NCBI RefSeq assembly: GCF_011745625.1 | Contig: NW_027191477.1 | Span: 186,001-250,000 of the forward strand | Origin: Cladosporium halotolerans | Lineage: Eukaryota | Direction of reading: 5' to 3' | DNA: 64,000 nt | Shown here: positions 39,301 to 50,836 of the stretch, one piece after another | Numbering within the stretch: position 1 is the stretch's first letter | How the letters are laid out: each line of letters begins with the position of its first letter | Translations under genes and position numbers: made by a program | Notes under the pieces: generated by a model | The model's input: only the letters and a program-made list of their open reading frames with translations | Databases searched by the model: none | What the model was told of the DNA's origin: nothing

Positions 39301-41220
39301 GCCCAGCGCACCTCTATGGGCGTTATCACCGGCGACATGCTCGTCAACGGCAAGCCGCTCGACTCCAGCTTCCAGCGCAAGACGGGCTACGTCCAACAGC
39401 AGGATCTCCACATGGCCACCGCTACCGTCCGCGAATCGCTTCGCTTTTCTGCTATGCTTCGCCAGCCGAAGAGCGTGAGCAAGAAGGAGAAGTACGACTA
39501 CGTCGAGGATGTGATCAAAATGCTCAACATGGAAGACTTCGCCGAGGCCGTTGTTGGTGTTCCCGGTGAGGGTCTGAACGTTGAGCAGCGCAAGCTTCTG
39601 ACGATTGGAGTGTAAGTGATCACCTTTTGATCTCGTCTTGGAAAAATAGAAATACTGACTTTTTCAGTGAACTCGCTGCCAAGCCGAAGTTGCTTTTGTT
39701 CTTGGACGAACCCACCAGTGGTCTGGACTCCCAGAGTTCGTGGGCTATCTGTGCATTCCTCCGCAAGCTTGCGGATAACGGCCAGGCTGTTCTCTGCACT
39801 ATTCACCAGCCTTCAGCTATTTTGTTTCAACAGTTTGATAGGCTTTTGTTCTTGCGCAAGGTGAGCAATCTTCACGTATACTGCTCTCAGCGCCTTGATG
39901 CTGACCAAAATTTAGGGCGGTCAAACTGTGTACTTCGGCGACATCGGACAAAACTCACGCACTCTCCTTGACTACTTCGCGAACAACGGCGCTAGACGCT
40001 GCGGTGACGACGAAAATCCCGCTGAGTACATGCTCGAGGTTGCTGGCGACAAGAACCACGACTGGTTTGAGACCTGGAAGGCCAGCGAGGAAGCTCGCGA
40101 GGTCCAACATGGCATTGATGAGATCGCTCGCGAGAAGTCTAACGTCAACGATAAGGACGATGACGAGAGCGCGCACTCCGAATTCGCCATGCCATTCCCT
40201 CAGCAGCTGGTCGAGGTCACCTACCGCACCTTCCAACAATACTGGCGCATGCCATCTTACATCCTCGCCAAATTCGGACTCAGCATCGCGGCTGGTATCT
40301 TCATCGGTTTCTCCTTCTACGACGCAGACACGAGTCAGCAGGGCATGCAGAACGTTCTCTTCTCCATCTTCATGGTCACCACCATCTTCACCACCTTAGT
40401 CAACCAGATCATGCCTCTCTTCGTCGACCAACGTTCCCTCTACGAAGTCCGCGAAAGGCCCAGCAAAGCCTACAGCTGGAAGGCCTTCTTCATCGCCAAC
40501 GTCATCGTCGAAATCCCCTACCAAATCGTCGCCGGCATCCTCACCTTCGCCTGCTTCTACTACCCCGTCGTCGGCGTCCAGAGCTCCGAGCGCCAGGCTC
40601 TCGTCCTCCTCTTTTGCATAGTCTTCTTCATCTACGCCTCCACCTTCGGCCACCTCTGCATCGCCGCCATGCCCGACGCCCAGACCGCCTCTGCAATCCT
40701 TACCCTCCTCTTCTCCATGACCCTCATCTTCTGCGGTGTCATGCAGACCCCCGACGCCCTCCCGGGCTTCTGGATCTTCATGTACCGCGTCTCGCCCCTC
40801 ACCTACTGGGTCGGCGGCATCGCAGCCGCCATGCTCTCCGGGCGCGAAGTCGTCTGCGCCGACGCAGAGGTCTCCGTCTTCGACCCGCCCGCCGGCCAGA
40901 CCTGCGAGGCCTACATGGCGCCGTACCTCGCGCAGGCGCCGGGGACGCTGCAGAACCCGTCCGCCACCGCCGACTGCCGCTACTGCGGGCTCAGCGTCGC
41001 GGACCAGTATCTCGGCGGCTCGAACATTTTCTGGGCGGACCGTTGGCGGAATTTCGGGCTCATCTGGGCCTACGTTGCGTTTAACATTGCGCTCGCGACG
41101 TTCTTGTATTATTTCTTTAGGGTGAGGAAGTCGAGTGCGAAGGGCAAGAGCGATAAGTTGCAGAAGTTGGGGTTTGGGCTTAAGTGGATTGTGAACAAGT
41201 TTTGGAAGAAGCAGCACTAA
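36371..41220 (+). CDS. Full-size PDR/ABCG multidrug transporter; introns 37243-37294, 38337-38394, 39612-39667, 39861-39915
   Basis: NBD1 Walker [23 protein letters not shown] and [12 protein letters not shown]2 [15 protein letters not shown] and [11 protein letters not shown]. Two TMDs ending in WRNFG. All introns keep frame. Confidence 0.95.
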
Positions 41221-41486
41221 AGAGGGTGTTTTTTTTTCTCTTTTTGTGTTGATAAAAAGATTGAGGTTTTCTTTGGGTCAAAAAGTGTTGGATATATCTT
41301 ATAATTAACATGTACAATTTTCGCCTGTTGAAGATATTCTGATTACCATCTCATGTGTCAATAAGCTTCTCAAAGAAACTTTCATATGTCGTTGGAGTAG
41401 AGCCACTGGTAGGTGACAAGTCGTTGCAGCTTCCAAGTCCGCGAAATCGCACGAGCCCCTTGTCAGATGAAGCCCTCCCGAGCGCC

Positions 41487-42959
41487 TCACACAACACAAA
41501 GCACCGTCGCAGCACTCAGCCAAGAAGGCGACCCCACCACACCCTCATCACGCGTAGTCTCAAGCCCAAACTCCATCTTCGGCCAAACCAACATGCGCTG
41601 CAACCGCGCATCGCCCCCATGATACTTATCCAAAAACATGCAAATCGCCTGCCCCTCCATCAAGCCACGCCGGTACAGCCACCACTGATACCGGTACAGC
41701 TTCGCATACCAGTACGCGACCATCAGCAGCGCCTTCGCGTCTTTCCGCGCCAGCAGGTCTTTCAGCGCCGGAGGCATGTGCATCATGAAGCCGAAGAACT
41801 CGGTGATATTGTTGCCGTCGCACGTCACATGCAGCAGGCGCGCGAGGCCCATGGCCGTCGTGTAATAAGGGTTCGCGCTCTGGTCAACAGCGTCTGGGCC
41901 GAGATCGAAGAAGTCGCTGAAATCGCGCGTCATGGCGACGCGCTCTTCGCGCGAGAAGTCTCTCGGCTCGAGCATCGGCCTGAACAGCTCGCCGTGGCCG
42001 TTCGAGACGTGTCGGAACGAGCTCCCGGGTCGTAAAGGGTTGGCGATGGCCCAGACGGCCTTCTTGCCGTCGGACATTTTCAGCTAGTCCAAGTCGGAGG
42101 GGTCGGCGGGGCGGAGGGGCCAGGCTTCGGAGGGCGAGCGGGCTTCGATGGTGGCGGATTGGATTGCGCCGAGGAGGGCGGCGGTGGCCCAGAGGGCGTC
42201 TTTGTCGCGCTCGTGGATGGGGGAGGTGAGCTTTTGTTGGAATTTGGAGGTCCCGCGACACCAGTGGGAGAGGATCGTGCGGGAGATTTGGGGCGAGTTG
42301 GAGAGGTAGGCGTCGTGGAGGAGGGTTATGGTTATGACGATGTGTTCTAGGAAGGGATACTGGTCCTGGGATCAGGAGCCGTTTAGAGGTGTAGACGGAT
42401 GGAGTGGACTTACGGTGCACGCCAACTGGAAGACTTGTCGTTGATAGATTCTGGCAGCCTGGTGTGTTCCAACGGACAGTACAGTCCGTTCATTGAACCT
42501 CTTCAGGATCTCCAGCTCTGCCATGCCGAAACAGAGACCGCCCCCACCATCTTCACCATCCGAGCTTGGCGGACTGGGCAAGCTGTTGATGTTGCCGACG
42601 ATCACGGCATTCTGGCCCATCGGGCGACACCTCGCCAGCTGCCGGCTCAGCGTCCTCTCCACAACCCCAAATGCTCTCCCGTCAATCCTCGTTCCCGGCT
42701 GTGCTGCAATAGCAGTGCTCGCCGGCTTATCGTTGAAGCTGAACGAGCTCTCGCCCGCGAAAGTCAATCCGGCAGCACTCCCTTCATACTCGCACTCGAT
42801 TCCAAATGCTTTGCACTTCGCGCACGCAGGCTTGCTCTCATCACACTTGACTCGCCGTAACTTGCACCCAGCACATCCACGTCGTGATTTCTTGTGTGCT
42901 CGGCGGCGACGGTGAGCTTCGTCTGGTTCTTTCGCGTTGGCGGGCTGTGAGGGCTTCAT
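41487..42959 (-). CDS. Zn(II)2Cys6 transcription factor (UPC2-like fungal family); intron 42360-42413; single in-frame TAG at 42084-42086
   Basis: HKKSRRGCAGCKLRRVKCDESKPACAKC...CEY. After the intron YPFLEHIVITITLLHD...DALWATAALLG...EAWPLRPADPSDLD*LKMSDGKKAVW runs in frame into ORF 41487-42077 (ALLMVAYWY, WWLYRR). Confidence 0.85.
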
Positions 42960-43600
42960 GGCTTCTCTTTCAAAGCTGGCCTTCGAGAGGGCGGATAGTT
43001 TTTGTGAGATCTCATCCTACCTCAATGGCGGCACGGCCTGATTTCTATATCTCTGATCGATTCTGAAGGATCATGAACGTGATGACAAGGCTAGCTCGCG
43101 GATACGAAGTGAGGTTAGCGCCGAATCCCGGAGGATTTAAGCGGAGATAGACGTTGGTTGATGTTGGAGTTGAGTCCTAGTTTGGGGTAGCTAGGGTTAG
43201 GGTTGGGGTACCGTCGTCCGACGCTGGTACCTTAAACATCGTATTGTAAGCCCAGCATTTATTCATGTGGCTTGGCGATCACATCCTACATTCTGAATCA
43301 GCAAATCATAATGATCAGCTGCCTTTGCGGGGATATGGATTGTCCCGTGGCGTCGAATTGTGTTGATTAGTGAAATCCTCTCTCCAGCTTCACCCGGTCA
43401 TTGATTCCGTTCGTCAACACCACAATAATCGCAGAAAGCAAGTAACGCGGAACGTCCAATTTTGCGAAAACTCGATAGGTACAGCTTATAGGCATACTTC
43501 AATTGTATATCGTTCCAAAACCTCGCCAGCAGAATCGTAACTCAATCTTTCATAGCTCATCGGTCCAACGTTGCTCGTCTGCGGACATCGTCTCAGTAGT

Positions 43601-44206
43601 CTAAAGCGCCACAACAAGCCCACCAGCAACCATCAGCGCACCCCCAAAAGGCCCGCTAGTAACCATAGCCGGTGCAGCGGCCTTGCTATTCGTCGAAGCC
43701 GCCGCGCCGCCGGATCTACCAGCAGACGCAGATGACAGGCTCGTGGCAGCAGCCTGCGCCAAGCTGCTGTAGTCACGTTGCGAGAAGAAGATGGTCGTGC
43801 TGCACATTTGGGCGACTGTTGGGGAGTTTACGTTACTGCTGGCTGACGTTGAGAGGGTAGAGCGTGAAGTGGCAATGGCAGTGGAAGGAGAGGTAGTTCT
43901 GGGTGCGCCAGGGCCCGCGCCGACGCAGCAGTAGAGGTTGTTGTCGTCGCCGTAGACGGCGCCGGGGCAGCAGTAGGTTTCGCCGTTGTCTTTGTAGGCT
44001 ACATGGCTAGTCGGGCAGGAGGCGGTGCTGGTTTTGGTCTTGGTCTTGTGGTCACTGTCGGTGCGGTGTCTTGTCTTCTGGGTTGGGTTGTCCTGTTAGT
44101 CGGGAGGATGTGTCGGAGGAAAATGGAGATTTCTTACACATTTGGCAAGTGCTGAGGGGAGGACAGCGAGTAATACGAAGATGATCAATCGAAAGAGTTG
44201 CTGCAT
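43601..44206 (-). CDS. Small secreted Cys-containing, Ser/Thr-rich, probably GPI-anchored protein; one intron about 44078-44137
   Basis: Signal peptide MQQLFRLIIFVLLAVLPSALA, then SCPT..YCCPG..LYCCVG, an S/T/A stalk and a hydrophobic tail GGALMVAGGLVVAL. Confidence 0.7.
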
Positions 44207-45071
44207 GGTTACTGATCGTCTGAGTACGGTTGGAGGGATTGAATGGTTGGAGCGGTGGTATCGGATGTTCCCTAAGGCGGACCTTCTAGCTGGTTATATG
44301 TATATTGAACCTGTCAATGCACTGATTTACTTCCCTTCAGCCGTTTACCCTTGTCCAAGGCTCAGGACGCCCTCGCTGCCACAGACTAGCCAGCAGCTGT
44401 GAAGATCAAGGAGGCAACAGAAGCCAAGCAATTCAAGAGTCCAATATTCCAAGTTTCGAGGGCATTTTGGCTCGATAAGCACCTCAAGGATTCTTGGAGT
44501 TTACACTATCTGCGTCTAAAGGTGCACGCTAGGTCCAGAGTCGCACGGATCTGAAAGCTTATTAACCGACCCAGCTGAGGATGCTCAGCCCCAGGAACTT
44601 GAGGATCGTTGCACAGCCATCGATCCATAGCGCTCAGTTGGCACTTCACACAAGGTGACTTAGCAGGACAGAGCGGGACCGGATAAATGAAAGTTTTCTG
44701 AGAGCTGGAGCCTGAGGTAATATCCAGGTAAATGTTTCAATGCAATTGGTTACGACCTTCAGGCTCGCCAATTCACACCGCTCGGACCCCTCTGGCGCAC
44801 ATTGCTGGAATGCTTTGGCAATCAGTGGCGCACGTGTTAATTAAATCGCGAGCCATACACATTGGTTTCCAAAATGAGCGATGTTCTAATGTCGCGTGGT
44901 TCACTTGGAACCTAGAGCAAGATCGCGTGTGGCTTTGCAGTATGCGGAGTCTTGCAGATCCGCGATCGCCAAAGGGGATGTGAAGTCTGTCGGCTTGCTC
45001 GTATTGTAATTGGACGAGATCACGAGAAGGATCATACAGCGGTATGCTGGAGGCCTCGCTGTATCAAAGGC

Positions 45072-46478
45072 TCATCCTTCTTCCATCGTGATATCCTCTT
45101 TTGTCGTCTGTTGATCATGGACATGTTGCGATGTTCCATTGACCCCTCCACCTCCAATTGCCGTTTGTTCCTCTGTGGACTCGGAATTTTTTACGTCCTG
45201 CTCTTTTTTGAGCTCAGCACCGCCTTCTGCCTGACCATTGACAGCGGTTGCTCTCCGCCGATAGATTTTAATGGTCTTGTCCAGTCCGCATGTGGCTATC
45301 GCGCCATCCTGTGCGCACACGTCGACTGACAACACTGTGCCCTCGTGGCCATGCAATCTTTGCAGAATCTCCTTCGAATTTACGTCCCAAAGTACGGTGC
45401 TTCCGTCCTCGCTACCGCATGCAGCCAGCGCCCATTGCTGCTGTACTTCCGCATCCGCAGTGCTCTCCTCAGGCGCCGTCGTGCCATACGTTCCGAAGCA
45501 TATGCCAATGCTGAATTTCTCATTCTTGTGACCCTGATACGTCTTCACGCACCTGCCCTCCACGTAATTCCACAGTCTCACGCTGCTGTCCAGCGTAGCA
45601 GCCAGCACATATCGTCCGTTCGGTGAGAATTTCACGCTCGTCACAGGCGCGTTGTCTTCGTGCACGAGCGTCTTCAGACACTGCCCAGTGCCCGTGTCCC
45701 ATATCCTGATCAAACCGTCGCTGCTGCAACTTGCAGCTAATGTTCCATCTCGTACGAAGTCCACACCAGATACCGGATCCGAGTGGGCGGGTAATGAGCG
45801 CATCACACGTGCTGTCCGCACATCCCAGAGGAAAACCGCCTCGTCATATGACCCAGATACCAAAATGTTGCCTTTCGGCGAGAAAGCCAGAGAGTAGATG
45901 TAGTTGTGATGCCCCGCCAATGGCACAGGCAGCGCCTTTCCAGTCGTCGTATCCCACAGCCTAATAAGCTTGTCGTCCGACCCAGAAGCTAGCACACGAC
46001 TGTCCGGCGACCACGACAACGCCGAGATACCTGCCAAATGACCCTCGAGCGTATGCTGCAGCGCGCCCGTCGCAGCAGACCAGATCTTAAGCGTGCAGTC
46101 CGCTGAGCAGCTCGCCAACCACTTGCCGTCCGGCGAGAACTTCACGCCCGCCACGCCGCGCTTGTGGCCCTTGAGAGTATACTGCAGTGCATAATCGAGG
46201 CTGCGTGGCCGCTCGGCGACTTTCCTCCTCTTTGCGCCAGCTTCGGGCGTGCCTTCTGCGCTGCTGCGGAGCTCTTCGGGGATCTCCGGTGTTTGCACAT
46301 CGCCTTCATTGTCGTCTTCGTATGCGAAAGCGAAATGCTCCGATGCGCCGTCCAGGCCAGGTGGGTACGGTGTTGAGGCGGCGGAGTGATAGGCGGATGG
46401 CGGGTCTAGGGATTCAGAGCGCTTTCGTTTGGGAGATCGGCGACCTTGATGAGGGTCGGGAGTAGATGCGTAGCTCAT
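45072..46478 (-). CDS. SWD3: WD40 protein WDR5/Swd3 (COMPASS subunit), intronless
   Basis: LKGHKRGVAGVKFSPDGKWLASCSAD, SLPAHSDPVSGVDF, CSSDGLIRIWD...GQCLKTL and KTYQGHKNEKFSI. Confidence 0.85.
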   Translation of the reverse strand: MSYASTPDPHQGRRSPKRKRSESLDPPSAYHSAASTPYPPGLDGASEHFAFAYEDDNEGDVQTPEIPEELRSSAEGTPEAGAKRRKVAERPRSLDYALQYTLKGHKRGVAGVKFSPDGKWLASCSADCTLKIWSAATGALQHTLEGHLAGISALSWSPDSRVLASGSDDKLIRLWDTTTGKALPVPLAGHHNYIYSLAFSPKGNILVSGSYDEAVFLWDVRTARVMRSLPAHSDPVSGVDFVRDGTLAASCSSDGLIRIWDTGTGQCLKTLVHEDNAPVTSVKFSPNGRYVLAATLDSSVRLWNYVEGRCVKTYQGHKNEKFSIGICFGTYGTTAPEESTADAEVQQQWALAACGSEDGSTVLWDVNSKEILQRLHGHEGTVLSVDVCAQDGAIATCGLDKTIKIYRRRATAVNGQAEGGAELKKEQDVKNSESTEEQTAIGGGGVNGTSQHVHDQQTTKEDITMEEG

Positions 46479-46961
46479 TTTGTGAGGTGTTTGGTGAGGC
46501 TCGCGCTGCAAGGTGGAGTGATTGAGGATTTATGGCTGGAAGACGCGGAGAACGCGCTGAGCTGGAAGTCGCGTTTTCGGTGATGTCAAAAGCGGATTTA
46601 TGAATGGCTTCACCTTTCAATATTCAAGCACCACCGACTTACCGAATCACTAATTGACCGTCAAGATGGTACCATGTGTGAGAGAGACCTTGTATTGGCC
46701 ATGATGCATAGTTCTATTTGCAGTGGAGCTAAACTCAGCCAGTGCTTGTAACCACAGGGCCATGCCATTAATTTCATTTCATGCTTCGTAACCTGCACCG
46801 AAAGGCGCCATTGCTCCATCGCTAATGCCCGCATTTTATGCCTCTACGCTGCCGTTGCTGATTGCCAAATACCAGCTGCAGAGAGGACTACTTAAGTTAC
46901 CCAGTGGGAACTTGTTCTGTACCTCCCATTCGCGTCGCTCAAACATGCAATCGCGGCGGCG

Positions 46962-48422
46962 CTACGACATGATATCCTCGTCATCTTCGCCCACATTCGG
47001 GCCATTGCTCGTACCTGGAGCATCCCACGTCAGGTCCATTTGATCTGCCAGCTCGGCGTCTGGAGCAGCAGCGCTCTTGTTGCGCTTCGAGACGGCGACG
47101 TGCTCCTTCGTGAGTTGGAGGCGGCGGTCCGCATCACGGACTGCTGCGATTAGTGTCTCGATGCGTTTCGTCTGGGCTTCCAAATCCGATTGAGGCGCAG
47201 TGGCTGTCAATGATGGCTGGTGGAATTGTAGAATGCCCTCCTCTGGCGTCGCGCCCTGAGTAAGTGTTGCGTTGAGGCTTTCCTGACTCATCATCTGGGT
47301 GAGAGTGCTAAGAGTCTCTTCAGGTGACAAGCCCAGATGAGCAGCGACTCGCGATACAGGCAACACAGCATAGGTCTTCTGCAGGTCCGACACGCGGTAC
47401 TTGACCAACGCATGTCCAGCTTCCGCGACAAGACGCGTGTTGCCATCATCAGCCCAAATTTGCGCACCTACATCCATTTCTGCTTGGTATTTCTGCCAGT
47501 CCCTCTTCTCGAAGCTGTCTGCAAGTGCATCGTACGCCTTGGCCACAGATTTGATGTTCTTCCAGACTACTGCATCGACAGTTCGTGGATAAGGGAACGA
47601 TTTGCCTTCTGAGAGCAGACCTATTAAGATCCACTTCTTGAACGCTTCGACTTGTAGTGTACTGGTGCAATGTTGTTGTGTAGGGAAGAGTATGACGTGC
47701 TCGAGGAACAGGCGTGCTCGTTGGTAATTGCGCGTTCCAATGTAGACATGAGCGCCAAGCAGATAGTATTCCAGCACATGTTCCGGAACCACCTTTTCAG
47801 AGAAGCCTGATTCTGATGTGATGAACGCGTTGCTCAACTCATGCTCGTCACTGACCGTCTCTGCCGGAACGCTCTTGGAAAGTGTTTGTGGGTAGGCGAA
47901 AATGTTCTTGTCGAGAATGGGAAGTGCTTGTGTGGGTGTTCCGAGTGCCAGACTTTGCTGAACGAGACTCAGATGGAGGGTCGTAAAGGTCGCGGATGAA
48001 GGGTCGAGGCGGAGGAGAGCGGTCGAGAGCACGCTCAGGTCAATGAGCCCGAAGTGGCTGGAACATTTGATGGCCCAGTCCCACAACATATGCCATAGAT
48101 TTCCTACAAACCGCACTTGCACGGGGTCGAATGAGGCGAAGAATATGCTTGTCTGGTCATAGAGCTCCTCGAGGCGCGCTCTGTCTTTGTTGCCAACGGC
48201 TTCCACGTTATTAACGAGGCTCTTCAAGTAAGCGATGCTGTTGACGGCAGGATCGAGTAGCTCGAGTAAGCTCTTGTTGTCCACGCTCTTGGTCCATACT
48301 GAGGGAGGCAGTTTCTCAAGCGACGCCAGGTATGAGTGGAGTTTGGTATCATATTGGGTGGGTGAAAGTGACTTGACTTTGTCGGGAGGGAAGGCGAGCA
48401 TGGTACCAAGAGGGTCCGCCAT
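46962..48422 (-). CDS. CSN3: COP9 signalosome subunit 3 (PCI domain), intronless
   Basis: LLRLDPSSATFTTLH, LEYYLLGAHVY, VEAFKKWILIGLL, DGNTRLV and LQKTYAVL fit fungal CSN3. Confidence 0.8.
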   Translation of the reverse strand: MADPLGTMLAFPPDKVKSLSPTQYDTKLHSYLASLEKLPPSVWTKSVDNKSLLELLDPAVNSIAYLKSLVNNVEAVGNKDRARLEELYDQTSIFFASFDPVQVRFVGNLWHMLWDWAIKCSSHFGLIDLSVLSTALLRLDPSSATFTTLHLSLVQQSLALGTPTQALPILDKNIFAYPQTLSKSVPAETVSDEHELSNAFITSESGFSEKVVPEHVLEYYLLGAHVYIGTRNYQRARLFLEHVILFPTQQHCTSTLQVEAFKKWILIGLLSEGKSFPYPRTVDAVVWKNIKSVAKAYDALADSFEKRDWQKYQAEMDVGAQIWADDGNTRLVAEAGHALVKYRVSDLQKTYAVLPVSRVAAHLGLSPEETLSTLTQMMSQESLNATLTQGATPEEGILQFHQPSLTATAPQSDLEAQTKRIETLIAAVRDADRRLQLTKEHVAVSKRNKSAAAPDAELADQMDLTWDAPGTSNGPNVGEDDEDIMS

Positions 48423-48943
48423 GGTAATCGTGGTATCGCGCGGGATTACAAGTGATGCTCGAGAGTTTGAGCGTCCAATCTAATGATTGATCGTCCGTGT
48501 CAAGGTTGTCGACGCGGTCCGTAATTCGGAGTGGCCGGCACCATCCACCCGGTCAGATTGTATGGATGATTGGGATCCAGGAATTTCGGTGGTGCGTTAG
48601 TTGAGAAAGCAGGTTGCGCTGAGGATGTATTGAAGGCGACGGCGCGACTTCACATCAACCGCTCGTAGAGCCGCAGGGCCGACCACCGAGTGACGGTGAC
48701 GCTGCACGATCGAGCTCAGGCCACAAACGTGGGGCAGCCAGGCACCCACTCGTCGCGACAGGGTCTCGCCTAGCATTCGAGGTCTGGCCAACCCTCGATC
48801 TTCCACACCTCGCTCTCTCCTTCTCATCTTCCTGCACATACGGCACGCGGCTTCACGCAACCACGGTCTCTACCAGTACATCTTGCAGACTTTGGAGTCA
48901 ATACCTCATTTTGCAGCTCTATACCCCGGCCACGCCACTGAAG

Positions 48944-50662
48944 ATGGCCTCTCCTCAACAACACACCGCATACCGAGAACGACTTCTTTCACGCAACGAC
49001 ATAGAGGCCTTGATTGCAGACGGGCGGAAGATTGTTATTGTAGACGGCAATGTAATCAAAGCAGACGCATGGTTGCCTTTCCACCCTGGCGGCGACAAGG
49101 CGATCCTACACATGGTTGGGCGAGACGCTACGAACGAAGTGCGGGCATTTCATTCGGCTGAAACGCAGCAATGGATGAGAAAATATCAGATTGGCAAAAT
49201 CGATGGAGCATGGACCGATTTCGTGCCGCCGATCCAGTATGGGAAGTTCAGAACAAGAGAAGAGCTCGAAGCGGGTATGGACATCCGGCCGGATCCGACA
49301 GATCATGAACAGACGGATTCATCGGGCCAGGAAAGCTCAGGAGAACCTTCGCCTGTCTTTGAGCCGACTGGGCGCCCGAGCTCTGGTATGCGAAGGCGTA
49401 AAGGCAGCGTGGGCGCGGCCAGTGGCACTTCTTCAACGACCTCTCTTTCATCGCTCGCCATTGAGGAGCCAGCAATGCCGCACAAGCCCAACCAGGGCGA
49501 CGAAAGGACCGCCCAAGAATACCAGCACGATATCGAGACTTTCCCAAGTCTTGATACAGCTACGCAAGCTGAGATCAACGTCAAGTACCGAGCCCTCGAT
49601 AAGCGAATTCGGGAGGAGGGACTGTACAACTGCAACTACAAGGCCTACGCCATCGAAGCATGCCGGTACACTGCTCTGGCTTTGACTTCACATCTCTTGC
49701 TTCGAAGTGGTTGGTACTCCCTCTCTGGCATATTCCTCGGAATGTTCTGGCACCAGCTGGTCTTCACTGTTCACGACGCAGGTCACATGGGCATCACTCA
49801 CAACTTTTACGTGGACAGCTGCATCGGTATCATCATCTCGAATTTCCTTGGTGGCCTGAGTTGCTGCTGGTGGAAGCGCAACCACAATGTTCATCACATC
49901 GTCACCAACAGCCCGGATCATGATCCAGATATTCAGCACATTCCCTTCTTTGCCGTCTCGCACCGCTTCTTCGAAAGCTTGCGTTCGACATACTACGATC
50001 GCATCATGACTTATGACCCTTTCGCAAAATTTGTGCTTCCTTACCAGCACTACCTTTACTACCCTATTCTGTGTTTCGGACGCTTCAACCTTTACGTTCT
50101 AAGCTGGCAATATATCTTCGGTGGCCAAGGGCCTCGCAAGGGTCCTGCATGGTGGTTCCGCTACCTTGAAGCCGCCGGCCAGCTTTTCTTCTGGATCTGG
50201 TTCGGTCACCTCACTGTTTACAAGAACATCCCGACCAACGGGGCACGCCTCGCGTTCGTCCTGCTCAGCCACGCAGTCACCATGCCAGTGCATGTGCAAA
50301 TCACCCTCTCCCACTTCGCCATGTCAACCGCAGACCTCGGCGTCGCCGAATCCTTCCCTCAGCGCATGCTGCGGACCACTATGGACGTCGATTGCCCAGA
50401 GTGGCTCGACTTCTTTCACGGCGGCCTGCAATTCCAGGCGGTACACCATCTGTTCCCTCGCATCCCGAGACACAACCTGCGTGCTTGCCAGAAGCTTGTC
50501 ATGGAGTTTTGCGAGGAAGTCAACATCCCTTACGCGCTGTATGGGTTCCAGGAAGGCAATGAGAAAGTCATTGGTCACTTGGGAGACATCGCCAATCAGG
50601 CAAGGGTCTTGGCCGAGTGTCAGCGCAGCATGACCTTGCATGATGTGCTGGAGGGACACTAG
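48944..50662 (+). CDS. SLD1: Sphingolipid delta-8 desaturase (cytochrome b5 fusion), intronless
   Basis: HPGG b5 motif, His boxes HDAGH, HNVHH and QAVHHLFP, plus VQITLSHF and FFHGGLQFQ. Confidence 0.9.
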   Translation: MASPQQHTAYRERLLSRNDIEALIADGRKIVIVDGNVIKADAWLPFHPGGDKAILHMVGRDATNEVRAFHSAETQQWMRKYQIGKIDGAWTDFVPPIQYGKFRTREELEAGMDIRPDPTDHEQTDSSGQESSGEPSPVFEPTGRPSSGMRRRKGSVGAASGTSSTTSLSSLAIEEPAMPHKPNQGDERTAQEYQHDIETFPSLDTATQAEINVKYRALDKRIREEGLYNCNYKAYAIEACRYTALALTSHLLLRSGWYSLSGIFLGMFWHQLVFTVHDAGHMGITHNFYVDSCIGIIISNFLGGLSCCWWKRNHNVHHIVTNSPDHDPDIQHIPFFAVSHRFFESLRSTYYDRIMTYDPFAKFVLPYQHYLYYPILCFGRFNLYVLSWQYIFGGQGPRKGPAWWFRYLEAAGQLFFWIWFGHLTVYKNIPTNGARLAFVLLSHAVTMPVHVQITLSHFAMSTADLGVAESFPQRMLRTTMDVDCPEWLDFFHGGLQFQAVHHLFPRIPRHNLRACQKLVMEFCEEVNIPYALYGFQEGNEKVIGHLGDIANQARVLAECQRSMTLHDVLEGH

Positions 50663-50836
50663 ACGTCATGCTTGTTCTATGTACCAGTCTGCCTTCTGTA
50701 TGAAGCGATTTAGCGTAGCGGAATATCTGGCTTGGAAATGCAGTCAATCTTCTACACCTCATGGATTGCCATCCTTCCGACCGCTGTCTCCGCCACAGCG
50801 GCACATTAGTGTTCTGGCACAGCAAGTGAGCGACTC

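Noticed and set aside
40396..41217. Long antisense ORFs over the PDR pump (likewise over fimbrin, the mutase and stuA)
   Set aside because: Shadow ORFs caused by strong C/G third-position bias.
43180..43210. TTAGGG-like run as a telomere or interstitial telomeric array
   Set aside because: Only about 2-3 imperfect units, too short to support.
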